DNA of 62,895 nt, counting the filler, from Choristocarpus tenellus KU-1152 (Eukaryota; Protista; Phaeophyceae), in the NCBI GenBank assembly GCA_964200185.2. It is 10 parts of 10 records of this genome, joined end to end, with 100 filler letters (N's around TTAATTAATTAA, not from the genome) between each part and the next. Parts side by side here need not be neighbours in the genome. Positions count along the whole stretch, not along the records: positions 11,599 to 16,502 come from CAXNAD020012588.1; positions 16,603 to 20,163 come from CAXNAD020019259.1; positions 20,264 to 27,538 come from CAXNAD020006426.1; 7 more parts are not named here. One strand, given 5' to 3'. Below are positions 12,730 to 25,300 of the stretch, piece by piece. How positions within the stretch are numbered: the stretch's first letter is position 1; each line of letters starts with the position of its first letter. Made by a program: the position numbers and the translations under genes. The notes under the pieces are model-generated. The model searched no databases. It saw only the letters and a list, made by a program, of their open reading frames with translations, and had not been told where the DNA came from.

Positions 12730-12990
12730 CTGATGCCTTAGCATGACTTACGCCAACTCTCACGCTCTCCCTGGTAGACCACTCTTCCATGAAGCACTTT
12801 GTTCCGTCAACCACATACTTGTCGTACAACCTGCGTTGGTCTGTAGCCCTTGTACCCCGTCCCTCAATGATTACCCCAAACTTCTCGACTTCACCCTACA
12901 GGTACATCCATCGTCCACCTTGCTGCAGTGTTGCGTTTTAGAAGTATTTCTCTTTGTCATCTTTACGCGGTGGGGACTATCCCGACTTTT
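12730..12990 (-). mobile_element. Decayed 3' end of a LINE (RTE-like) ORF2
   Basis: Reverse strand reads WMYL*GEVEKFGVIIEGRGTRATDQRRLYDKYVVDGTKCFMEEWSTRE, resembling the W..L..D...FG...W...A.D...W..V..G...FM..W C-terminus of RTE-like elements. Confidence 0.45.
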
Positions 12991-14182
12991 GTTCAAAAAC
13001 ACACATATATATATATAAACCTTGCCTACTTTCTCACACTATCACTAACTACTGGCGAATATGCCTATATTCTACTATACATATATAATTTTGTCTCACA
13101 TATTCCAGATGTGCCAGGCAAGTTCCAAAACCAAGCTACAACACAAGGACGACTGTATATACAAGAGTTGTCGTCAATGCTAAGGCACCTCTAAAAAATC
13201 ATGTACTCCAATACTATTTAAACACTAACAATGTTCCCTTAGAAGTTAGTTGTTCACTACTAAAGAGTATTGTGTACACTGCTATGCTTCTAACCTACTT
13301 TGGCATACATACAGAGGTGGGTGAGGAACTAGAGAAGCATCCTAAGAATCTGTCAGGTCCCTTCTTGCCCATCTAAGTGGTGTCTCTAGCTTCAAACATG
13401 TAACGCGAATCCACATGGTCAATTGTGGAGCAACAGACATCATCCATCTCGAAGGAGAGTTGACAGGCTCTTTTTCCTGCAATACCCTCCACACCCTCTC
13501 CTCTCTATTGCATTGGTGACATGGAGGAGACTCTCTGCTTGCTTTCTAAGGCACCCAAAACTTCCCACAAGGTATTGGTTGCATCATCCGACTATGGAAT
13601 GAGATCACAATTTCATGTGTGTGTGATGTGAATGGTGTGAATTTGAAATTGAGTGTGATCGAGTGGAGAGAACGTTGAATGTTACGTTGTTGTATCTGTG
13701 TCCATGCGCCCCCACATTTCCAAAAACAGGAAACAGAAAACAGAAAACCACGATCTCTTAGAGCGATTTGTTCTTGATTGTGAGATGAAGTGATGTGTGA
13801 TTAGATGAATTAACGCGACAAAAAAAGAAAAGAGCTGGCCACAAGACAAAGGACAATTAACAAGAGAAGGCTTTCATCTTGCATCTCACGCCAACTCTTC
13901 GCCACAAAGTTTCCGGCTGACAGCAACAGGGTTAGACTCTGGTTTCCTTATAAATACCGATATAGTCCATCTTGTCTTGGGTGCTCCCGGTGTTGGGGCA
14001 CCATTCTTGTAGTACCACGATCTGGGCATCCAAGGTTGATTGGGGGGGGCATCAACATTTGTATCAACCGTGAGTGTCACGGCGCTTTGATTAGAGAAGG
14101 TTAAGGAGTTCTGACACATTATCATCTAGGCGCCCCGTCCCCCCTTCCCTCGTCCCAGGAGGGGGGATTGCGGACGGGGAAG

Positions 14183-15592
14183 ATGGGCAACTACAGATTG
14201 GAAGGTTTCTTGACGAAGAAGGGAGGGGTGGCCTGGAAACGACGCTATTTCACCCTAGAGGATCATGTCATCACGTACCTAAGTAAGCAGGGAGACCTAC
14301 GACCGAGGGGACGGATGGTCCTTATCGCTGAGTCGAGGGTCACGAATTTGCCAACGAGAGTACATGCGTTCCAGGTGATTACTAACGCTAAAGCCTTGAT
14401 GGTGTACGCCGACTCGATCGAGGAGCGAGAGCTATGGGTTACGGCGTTAAATCAGCAGATTGCGGCGTTGAAGGAGAGAGCTATGATGCGAAGAAGTCGC
14501 CGAAATGTCAGGTGAGCTGGAAATGGCCGGATCTTTTCTTTTCCCTCTGTTCGGTATGACCTAAATCTTGCCACTACCTTATGGGATTGGAGGAGGTCCG
14601 TGACACGTGTCAAGGAAAAAAGACACATCTTGCCTCCTCTTTCGCGTTCACAATGGTAGATCTGCATGGCTGTAAGGGTGGTACACTGACGCCCCCTCCC
14701 TCATAAAAGAAGTGGTATCGATGAGCAATTTTCCCTTCCTTCTTGATGGCGCTGTATTTTGGCATATTCGAGAATCATTCTGTGCCGTTTTTGACACTTA
14801 ATGGGGCTACTTGATGGGGTTGACGCCCATGCAGGCACTTTGTTGAGGACCAGAGGAATTTGGGCTCTAGACAGTATATTCTTTAACCCCTCGAATACTT
14901 TGTAGTTTGTATACGAAGTATACTATTGTCACAAGGCGCACGTACACCAGGGGTACCATCCGCTCAATTTGGAGGTTACCACCTGTCCTCGAAGCACTCC
15001 TGGTACGTTAATATAAGATTATTCATTACTCTATGGGAAAAATTTCCTACTGACTGTAAGATATAGGCAGGTGTGCCTCAACATGAACATATTTTTAGAG
15101 AAGAGATTGGTAGCCGAACCCAAGCAATGTAAATCCCTCCCTTGAAAGTGTTGTGCAGATGTGGTACACAAATCCTTCCGTATGTGTCTATATTTGAAGT
15201 GGTCCTCCCCTTTCCTAAATAATTGTTCACTCCCATCCTCTCCCAAGAACACAAGTTGTCATCCACTGCCCACATTCTTTCCCACTACTTGTCTGCCATG
15301 CTGTTATTCTGATCAGAAAGTAGTCCCATAGTTCTGGGTCAAGATCCCACCTCTCCATTCCCCCCCATTCCAGTTTCTTGTTTTCGGTTGACTTGATGTC
15401 CTGGGCCTACATCAGGCTAACTGTTGTGATGCATCCCTTGGTGTGTTGCTATTGGTTTGTAAAATTTTCAGGACAGTAAATGCAGCGGGAACAGACTTTG
15501 AGCTGGACGTGAAGTACGAAATGATAAAGCCAATAGGGCATGGGGCTTATGGGGTGGTAATATCTGCATTGGATCATGAGGCAAACGTCAAG
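14183..15592 (+). CDS. PH-domain-containing MAP kinase (5' part; truncated by contig end)
   Basis: Exon 14183-14511 is a complete PH domain ([17 protein letters not shown]...FQV...[17 protein letters not shown]). After a phase-2 intron, exon 15472-15592 encodes [41 protein letters not shown], the ERK-type MAPK subdomain I (KPIGxGAYGVV). Confidence 0.88.
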
Positions 15593-18164
15593 GTGTGTGA
15601 CTAGAAGGATATGGGAGGAAGGGTGGGGGGGGGAGGGGGTGTAATACGGTTGTGTTTGCTGTTGGAAGTGGGGTGGGGTGGGGTGTGGCCTGGAAACATA
15701 ATATTTTAGAATATGTGTATGCCTTTTCTTTCTCATGAGCCATGTGCTCTGATCTGGAAAATTTCAATTGCTGGTGACAACAAGACTTGTTTTTTGGAAG
15801 TTGGGCTATGAGGGGTTTACCTTGCATCCACCACAGAACGAACCATGTTGAGTTCTTGATTCCTGAAGGAGCTCGTCGAGGTATGTGCAGTTGGTGTGGT
15901 TAGCACGAGGTTGGGGACTGGCTGTGAGTGAAGCTGGGCCTCACCAATATCTTGGCATCTGCAGTCTCCATTTGCACACCTCAATTTCTGTGCTGGGTTC
16001 ACCATGCTGAGCACCAAGTGCCTCTAGTTTGTCTAGGCAACTGAAATCTGGTCGCCAAGAGTCCCTTGTAAATCAGGCACCGTCTAACCGGAGCGCTCAC
16101 GCCCTAATCTACAATTGGTGTTAAAAAACAAACTAAAAAAATGTGAAATTAACATGATTCCCCAGGAGATGTACTGTTTATTGTTCAGTTGCTGTGAACC
16201 CAGCATTTGAAGGGCATTGGGCAGGTGGAGGATGTCTTGCCACGCTGAAGTGTGTGCGCTCTCATGTGTTATTATTTTTTTTTCAACACTTCCAAACGTG
16301 TTCTTTGGCGGAGGCGGAAAAGCGTATCATGTGCCCGTTCCTGTGTTTTTTGGCCAGGAAATTAATTACGTTTGAAATTTCTTCAAGGTTCCTTTTATTT
16401 TATCGAAATGTACCTCCCCTTCCCCCCCCCCCCCCCCCCCCCCCCCCCACTCCCCACCCCCCCCCCCCCTCCTCTTTCTTTTTTCTTTTCCCCTCTCTCC
16501 CTNNNNNNNNNNNNNNNNNNNNNNNNNNNNNNNNNNNNNNNNNNNNTTAATTAATTAANNNNNNNNNNNNNNNNNNNNNNNNNNNNNNNNNNNNNNNNNN
16601 NNCCCTCCACCAATATTACTCTAGGTTGGTCGCCTTGGGAGCAGGCAATACGCTTCTTGTTGTGGGCTTGTGCACAATGGGATTCCTTCTGGGGGCGAGG
16701 TTGTTGTAAAGCAAACGTGGTGGTATGTTAATGCTGAGTGCTCTGTACGTTGCAGTATGAAATACTTAGATCTCTCTTCCAAAGAAAAGGTACACCTCAG
16801 GTCAATACTTGTCAGTACTTGGACTCTACAAGTGTTTCTGGCAGGACGTTCCAAGCCAGTAGTGATGGTAGGTCATGCATCAATTGGACATCAGAGCCAA
16901 CTAACTTCTCCATCCCACATGCCAGTGATAGAACCACCGAAATCTGCAGTTTGTCATTGTAGTGTAGGATAGACGAAGGACAAGAGACAAGTAAGCCCCG
17001 AGAATGAGTGTCCTCGTATTGAAAATAACGCTTAACGATATTCATTGAATATATTTTGCCTGTTCAACCCATATCAGCCTTACTCTTCTGTTCAGGGGAA
17101 TCATTATCTGAAGAGATCTGAAGTCCAAGTAGTTATTTAATGTAATCGATGGTCGAGTGTTACATCTGAGCTAGACCATAATGTAACAGATGGGTTTGTA
17201 GATATCCCTTGATATAGGAGGAATATGCTCTTGGAGTATGCATATGGAGTGGAGGTTGAGGTAGATTATAATTGTTCAAAGCTTGGGTGCTGTGATTATT
17301 GTGTTTTTGAAGCAGAGAGTGATAGTGAGTTTTACGGGGACCGGTGAATGTACCTCGTGCAGGAAATATATTTTCCTAAAACCATTGGTTTGGGGTCATC
17401 GGTTTACAGTCAGTCAAATGTTTGATTGAAGATGCAGGTAAAAGGTATCGTGGTTTGAAACATTCAGATGGGTGAAGTTGTTATGATGTTTTTGAATTTG
17501 CAAATGCGGTAGCCATCCTTCCTTGCATATACTATATGCATGTGTGTGTGTATGTGTGTGTATGTTCCGTTGTTAGACATAATTGTTGTTGAACTGTTGA
17601 ATATCTTCCTCCACAGCCAGTTGTTGTAGAAGTATGCTCGTTAATTGCAGCAAGTGATAACTGACACACCAGGAATTCGACCCAAGGCACGAAACATGAT
17701 GAAGCAATAGCTCACCTGAGTGATAAGGAGAACCTCCGTCGTATGTTTTACACAAAGAGACTGGAGGATGCAAGCATGGAGGAAAGACATACAATATCTG
17801 TATAATTATACATCTTCATGATCACCAGAATCGGTATCAATACTGAGGAATTATGATTGGTTTCATTCGAACTAGACATTAAAAACGAAATTCTCTAATG
17901 GTGGGTAGGAGAGAGAATGATTTCTACCTACAAACTAAGCTCCCTTTCTGCGTCAATGAAAAGCGATTCTAGGGTATAACTGCCAGGGTGGTATTCGCCT
18001 AACGCATCAAGAGTTTCACCGTTTACACTTACGAACAAGTGTATTGAAAAAATATTATTTGGTATCCTGCTATCCATATCTACTTATACTAACAGTAGAA
18101 GTTATGCACACATTTTCTTTGATGTAGTAAGTGGTAGTCGTGAGGTTTACCTATACGCATTTGA

Positions 18165-18240
18165 AAAAAAGTCAAATTTTGCAAATATTTTCCACCATCC
18201 ATAAAATGCAACTCTGGGTACCTCTCGTTTAGATCGACTC
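18165..18240 (-). mobile_element. Partial MITE family C terminus
   Basis: ATGCAACTCTGGGTACCTCTCGTTTAGATCGACTC matches the reverse complement of the left arm at 33787-33825. Confidence 0.65.
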
Positions 18241-19039
18241 TAGAGTGGTGTAGGTGCAACAATATATGTTTTGGACTCGAGTGTTATGGGCATAACATAG
18301 TGTTGGCATTTCAACGTAAAATGGGTTATGTCATGGTGTCAAAGATAGTGACGCACCATATTTCTTATGCCGTAACGCGTTTGTGTTAAACATTACCGTA
18401 AAACGTAGGATTTTGTTAATGACAAGAACGCAATGGTGGTAAGTGTACTTGTTTGCGTAGTTCATTGGCTGAGGGGATGTATTTAACATTCACAACTACT
18501 ATTTTATATCATGGTAAGGAAAGGAAGGACAATAACATACTCATCCCCATTGAACATCACCATATCCAACCATAAATTGCACCTCTTCTAAAAAAAAACA
18601 AATATAAAAGGGTACATTTTTTACTCATCATACGAGCCAAAACAAGTGAGAGGCAGGCAGGTTTGGACCCCTCTGTATTTCAAGCAATCTTTCTTACCCT
18701 GTGCAATGCACTGTTTGACTGATTCATGCGTACAATAGTGTACGTAAAATTGATACTCACCTTTCCGCACAAAACGTGACACCGCAATTCAGCAAACAGT
18801 CTTTCCGTAACGGTACAAAATTACACATTTTTGCCCTTTCTCGGGCATCCTTAAAATGCTACCGTGCCTACCTCTTAGTTGGTTTGGCTCACAAGTAACA
18901 TGTTTTGATCTGGAGTGTAATGGGCACAACGTTATAGTAGGCAGTGTTTATGCTATCATTAGTAATTGTGTACTGTTAGTACTTTTTTTATCAGATTGTA
19001 CTCAAGGCTTACAATTTCTTCGAACTTCATCACCTTGTT

Positions 19040-19573
19040 TCACAATAACGAGCATTCAATTCCTCTCTCCCGCACCATATGAGTAACCAGCTCATTCAGG
19101 AAGCATTCCGCTTGCTTACCGAGACACCCAAAAATTTCCACCCTGAAGGTGTTGAGTTTATAACTACAAGGATCAAAGGAACCCTCGTAGTGGGTGCACT
19201 TTCGTGCCTCGGCTGCAGCAGCAGCTACACCACTGCTGGTGGATGAGTGGGTTATGTGGGAGGTTGCCCGTACCTCTGCGAAGATGACGTCTAAAAGAAG
19301 ACCTTTGTCCCTGTAGGGGACTGTTCCGGCGTCCACTAGTGCCCCTGTGTGAAACAACAGATCCATGCGGAGATTCCTGTCCACTGTGAAAGGGCTACCG
19401 TCCTCGATTGTGTAACGGATGCCCATCCCCTTGCATATTTGGTGCAGGCGTTTAACCTTTGGAGTGTGCTGTCGTACCTGTCCCCCTGCCCTGGGGCAGA
19501 TACGGGCATGTCTGGTAACAACATATTTGCCTCCTGAACCCTGCCACTGGATACCTGTTGGACAGGGCATCAT
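19040..19573 (-). mobile_element. Non-LTR retrotransposon remnant: zinc-knuckle plus restriction-like endonuclease (RLE) C-terminus
   Basis: HARIC....RQH knuckle remnant, RMDLL, LLLDV, AAAEARKCTHY and F.VEIFGCLG..A..FL..L match the RHD/PD..D..K..KY/E..G pattern of CRE/R2-group RLE domains. No RT upstream, so 5' truncated. Confidence 0.78.
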
Positions 19574-19600
19574 TATTAAGTTTTTTTACAATTATATGTT

Positions 19601-19716
19601 TTTAACAAGCATACCATGTTGCTTTGCTTGCTATACCTAGCATTAATACTTAATGTATTTTCAAGCAAAAAGATATAACAAGCATACCATGTTGCCTTGC
19701 GCCCTATACCTAGCAT
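19601..19716. repeat. Short imperfect direct duplication (~42 bp x2)
   Basis: TAACAAGCATACCATGTTGC.TTGC...CTATACCTAGCAT at ~19603-19643 and ~19676-19716. Confidence 0.85.
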
Positions 19717-20263
19717 CTAGATTCCCTTCAAACGTGTTGTTAGAGGGACCGTTGGAAGTCTCAGGGCACGCAACAAATATTGGAGTGAGGACCTGCATGT
19801 TACGTAGAGTTCGACAACAGAGGAGGGTTTGTCGATGGTTGAACCCGGTAGGGAACCCAATTGTGAGTGGAAGAAAGGACGGATCAGAGGTCAGAAGGGA
19901 GATATGCGGGTAGGTTCAGAGGTTGCGATAGCCCTCATAACACCCAAAACACATTGATGATGGCAGTATACATTGGCGAGGCATTGGTTTAAGGTCTTAT
20001 CCACCCATCCAACTTCCTAGGGGAGGACCGAGCGGGGATGAACACCAGGTGCTATCGAATGGTTGTCCTTACCCTTCGAAGAAATGCCTTTATCTTCTTA
20101 AGGTACATGTCCACGGGCTGACAGAGGGTATAAAAAAATTCCCTCGTCGGGATGAAAGGTATGNNNNNNNNNNNNNNNNNNNNNNNNNNNNNNNNNNNNN
20201 NNNNNNNTTAATTAATTAANNNNNNNNNNNNNNNNNNNNNNNNNNNNNNNNNNNNNNNNNNNN

Positions 20264-20305
20264 ATCTGTGTAGACCCTCCCCCCCCCCCAGATACTTTGG
20301 GTCAG
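20264..20305. mobile_element. Truncated MITE family B arm at contig start
   Basis: GTGTAGACCCT(C)nAGATACTTTGGGTCAG. Confidence 0.75.
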
Positions 20306-21083
20306 TGTGACCAAACAAGAGTGGACCTGATCCTGATTTCCTGAGTTTTGAGATCATTTGAAAGTGTTAAACTTTAAGGTGATATTGATAAGAATGTCTT
20401 CGATAGAAAGTGATGCCTGTCATCAGCAAAATCTCCCCACTACCAAATCCCAAACACAGTGGGAATTGATCAGTAACTAGAACAACCAGACACCAGTCAC
20501 CGATTGTCTACTATTACTATCATGTTGGGATCGATGCCAAGGTCACATCTTGCCTTTTCCATTTCATGTGATGGTCTCTTGCCTCTGAAGACAAAGGGTA
20601 CTTGTATATGTACTGTGCTTCCACTCACGAAGGTGAGGCGTCTACCCACTGTCCCTGCTCCACACATATGTGTAGTGTGAGTTGTTTTCATCACACGATG
20701 CCCTTCCCATGTGGATACAGTGGCGTATGAAGTCATAACAAGGAACCTTACCATGATTTCCCCTCCACACCTACTGAAGAGGGAAAAGAACTGTTCATTG
20801 ACACTAGAATCCTCTTTCTGGGTCTTCGAAATGAGCAGTTGCACATTGTTGCGGGTTGGCCATTGTGAGCGAATGTGACTGGGCGGGTGGGATATGATCA
20901 ACTCATAGATACCTTAATGAGCCCTTGGGCAGGACTGCAACATGTTACGATAACAGGAGTTGAGAAAAAACAGGACCTTTTCAAACTTCTAGGAGTTACG
21001 GTATCATTTCATTTTGCTACAATTTAGTCTGTTCTAATTTTCCGGATTCTTGTGCAGCTGAAATCGTATGCTATTGTATTTAC

Positions 21084-21717
21084 CTGCACATGATTTGGGT
21101 GTAATGCTGCCGCCATATGCAGAGCTGTCGTTCCATCAGCTCGAGACCCCCCTATTATGTCGACACCATTCACCTCAACCAAAGTTTGCACAAGTTCCAG
21201 CTTATGACCAGCCAGCATCGAACGCAAAAAGTCAGACAGAATATTAGAACATAATGCTAATGCAGAGTTCTGGGTCTGTAGGCTATATTTGAGGATTATA
21301 TCTATTTCAATTGCCCAGAGATGTGAGGATAGAAATTTCATTGCCTAAACGATATTCGAAGCAGGATGTCTACAATAACTGAAGAGGTGGTCCTTGAGAG
21401 TATAAATGAAACGCCCTATGTTTCGTGTAAGGCACGAAGTAGATGTCAACAAATAGGGTTCCTTTTCAAGAGAAGTATCTGCGGAGCACTGTGCTGCTAT
21501 ATACTTCAAGTATCACGCTAAGGTGTGCTCGCCTGGACACCCCAACTGTTTTTGTAAATGCAGGACTTCCTGGCCCCACAAAGAGAAAGGGGGAAGCCCC
21601 AAACACGTGGCAAGATGCTTGAAAACCCTTGCTTAAAAACTTCACCTGCCCTAAAGTTACCGATGAGAAAAAACGTGACTGGAGGGCAGCCTTGTCGATT
21701 GGAGGTTGCATTTGCAT
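21084..21717 (-). CDS. Ankyrin-repeat protein (5' exons)
   Basis: Exons 21717-21646 (MQMQPPIDKAALQSRFFSSVTLGQ) and 21200-21084 (LELVQTLVEVNGVDIIGGSRADGTTALHMAAALHPNHVQ) join in phase 0 into canonical ankyrin motifs (G.LE.V..LV..G.D; GxTALHxAA). Downstream exons were not resolved. Confidence 0.78.
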
Positions 21718-22302
21718 CTTGACCCTTCCGTCATCCTGCAACAAGCAACGAGTATTTTGCTTGCCAACCATGTCCCGCCAAACTTTCCTTCCACCTTGAT
21801 GGTAGGAAACAGATTTACAATACTTCTCGTCTCTGTCTCCCCCTGGATTCGAAAATGGTGAGCTTATCACTCGTAACATGTGTCCAGCGCGTCAAGTAGT
21901 TTCTATGCTCAGCTGCTGCACATTTCAACTTCCTCAGCAATTTTTTTACCCATGAATAGAAGCAGAGAAACAGTGCGTTTGACAAGAATCCTCTAGTTTT
22001 GACGTTTTAAGTACAATAACGTATTGGAGAGACTCCCCAGAGAAACAGTGCCTTGAAGCCGTGAGGTAAGGAGCTGTCAATTGGAAATTTGGCGAGTTTG
22101 ACTTTTGAGGTTCAGGAAAATGAAACAAAACGATGGGATTCAAAATCCTGGTCTTATTGGGTTGTCTCGTTTGATCGTACAGTGACGTGCGATGCGGAAC
22201 ATGAAACTGCGCTTTACATGCACCGCAGAAAAGGGAACAACTTACATTTGTGGTTAGGATGATGCTCGATTTTGCCCAAAAGCCAGACGGCAGGTGAAGA
22301 AG

Positions 22303-25300
22303 ATGAAGATTCCATCATTTTACGCCCTTTTATTCTCTGCTTCCAGCATTCAAGCTTTTGGAAAACTGGGAAATGTAATCGAGGTAAGGAAAGGAGACAG
22401 ACATATCTTAGACTCGCGAGGATGCAAGAATATCTGTCCTGGCTCCTACGATATCGCCGTTTACGTAGGCATCCCTTTCATGGCGAGCAGGTGGATGCTT
22501 GGGATGACAATCTAGGATTCGGCATTTTCTCTGAACTCGGTATTCCAGCCTTGGACGTCCCGAGTATGCTGGCTGGGGAATACCTGGGGCAATTTTGTGG
22601 GCCAGAGGCTGGTTTTGGACAGTGTAACCTGCGAACAGCCTTAACATATGCTACATCTCTTATAGGAGAGAATGTCACCATCTTGCTGACGAGAGATCTC
22701 ATGCTTAATGAGTCCTTCGCTGTTCCAGTAACTGGGTGAGCGGAGAGATAAGTGAAGCGAATTTTCGTAAGAATGCACCTAAATGTCTTTTTCTCTGAAG
22801 TTATGGCACGACGACGAGTAAGCATGCCATCAAGTCTTTTTCACTGTTTGTGTAAGGAAAAGAGTCAAACTTGAGTCAACACCCCTTCCCCGCGCCTAAT
22901 CTCATCGTTAAGGCTCGGTCCATGGTCGTGTTGCAGTAGAAACTACTAGTTACTTCAAATGTGAGTGCTTGTTATGACACACTGTCTCGACAACAACATT
23001 CAAAGGTAAGGTGAAACACCTCATAAGTCTCTCTCAAAGGAATAAGTAACAGCGTGCACAACTGGCTAGAATAAAAGCCCATGATGTAAAGCTGTGGATC
23101 GAAGTTAGGACAAAATGGTTTAGCAACTTCGACTAATAGACAGATTCCTCACCCTACCTACAATGCATGCTTCCTCCAAATGGAACCTTACCACATTTCA
23201 GACCGAGTAATATCAGTATCTTTGGTGGAGGACACAAAGTGACTGACGTAGGTGGAGACTCATTCTTTCAGTTGTCTGGTGAGATATATGTCACGTTCAG
23301 CAATATCACTTTTGCCGACTTCTACGTTACGGGCAACGGGCAGTTTGGTGACCAGGTGCGAACTAAATGACCAGACAAGTGACCGCGTAGACTTCAAGCC
23401 ACCTGACCATGGTTCTTACTAAAGGTGAAATTTTGTTGCATGGACAAACCTCAGTTAATTTTGCACAGTTTGACTGACCTGCCAGAGTGCGATCTCTCAA
23501 GCTCTCTTGGGAGAGTGAAGAGCGAAGAGAGCACAGATATTTGATGCATTCTGCTCATGGCAGACATAAAATAATTCGTATTCCTGCACGTTATTGTGTG
23601 GAAATGATATTTTCTACTTATTCATTGATGTTTGGGTTACTGAAGAATTGTGGCATTGAAGTGTTATGTGGTCATGCAGGTTCATTATTTATATATATAT
23701 ATATATATATACAGGATGCAATATCTCTGTCAACGTATCAGTCCATATCCTGCTCGAGCTCTTCACCACTCTACGTCCTACCATTCTACATCCTTCTCAG
23801 TATCTAACAATAGGAGGTTGTCATCCTCAGTCCCAGGGGATCAACGAGGTTCTCCTCCCTCAGCTCACTCACTCTCTTCATCTTTGTCATCTTTGTCATC
23901 TTTGTCATCTTCAGCTTCAACTTCTTCATCCGGGCATATTTGGCAGCCTCACTCAAGTGTAGCAACCCAGCCTTTGTCTTCTTCCCTTTCACTAGTTTGA
24001 ACCTCTTGCCCACGTTCTTTCCGAGCCTGCGTTCCTCCACGACCTAGTCTGTTGTGAAGTCCTCAGAACATCAGTTGTGATATACCTTTGTGGGATCACT
24101 TGTACCTTGTGAACATCCTTGAGCTATGTGAATTCAAGACTATGGTGTGCCATCCAGCTACCACATGGAAGAATCCGTTGCTTCATTGGACGTCACTAGA
24201 TCGAGATTATTTCCAACCCGATAGATCAATCCCCGCACCCGCCTCCGAACATCTACATGCCATTGTGTAACTGCTTGGACTCCCCTGAAGATGAAAAAGT
24301 GCACCTGTGGAACCCCAGGATTCTGATCTTTCCGTTGTGTGACACAGCATCGATATATTATAAGGGCTTTGCTGGTGATGCCGCAAAAGAGTGACAAACA
24401 TACACCGAAATGTTTGCCTCTCAAACATCAAAATTTTAAAAAACGGGCTAGAAACCGATTATGATCCCTGCTATTAGTTTCTCAAGCAATACTCCCGAGT
24501 AGTACTCTGTAGGATGGTATTATACAATTCCTTTCTGTTGTTGTGCAATTAAATTTTAATGTATAGAACACCCTTATTTCACTCAGGTCAAATGTTTATT
24601 ACTTTTATACATTGTCAAGATAAACCTCTATTTTAAACTTTCCTGCATTGGTAGGGTCTATGATCCATGGGAGTCTGAGGACAATAAACAGTTTGTAGCA
24701 CTAAGTAGGTTCTCCCCCTCATGTTGGCATCACCCAAGTGTTTCCCAACAGCATGTGACGCACATGACTATCCTTTGACTCCTCTATAGGATCACAGAGA
24801 ATGAATTGGCATGCACATTGCGCGATGTCACTTTCTCCTAACGTCTAACCCCTTAGTTTAATCCTGGGGGAAAAGAGAAGAATATTGTCAGTATCTAATT
24901 ATTTCAGACAGCTGGCTCAAAGTATCTGGAGGGGGGGGGGGGGGGGGGGGGTGGCGACTGTCCCTTTGGGATTTTTTTTTCATGTCATGATTTTTGGGTG
25001 GTTTGGTTGCATACGTCGGATGGATAGTGTAAATGCACTTTTCCTGATTTTGACCCAAATGGACAGACACCCTGGTGTAGACCGCCCCACCCCCCCAGAT
25101 ACTTTGGGTCAGCTACACTCAAACTAGTGATCAAAATGACATTTCTTATTGGCATCATTTCATACAACACAAAAATGACCTTCAAAATCGACTTTCTTTG
25201 TGAGCTGAATTGCTGTAAAAGTAAGGAATGCGTATATGTATATGTATATGTATATATATGTGTATATTATGTATTCCTCATGTGAATGCAAGGGATACTA

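Noticed and set aside
13886-14125. 79-aa minus-strand ORF head-to-head with the PH-MAPK
   Set aside because: Starts only ~58 bp from the MAPK ATG and has no recognisable motif; more likely promoter or 5' UTR sequence.
17660-17695. B-box-like GGGTCGAATTCC (minus strand) suggesting a tRNA or SINE
   Set aside because: No cloverleaf or convincing A-box could be built by eye.
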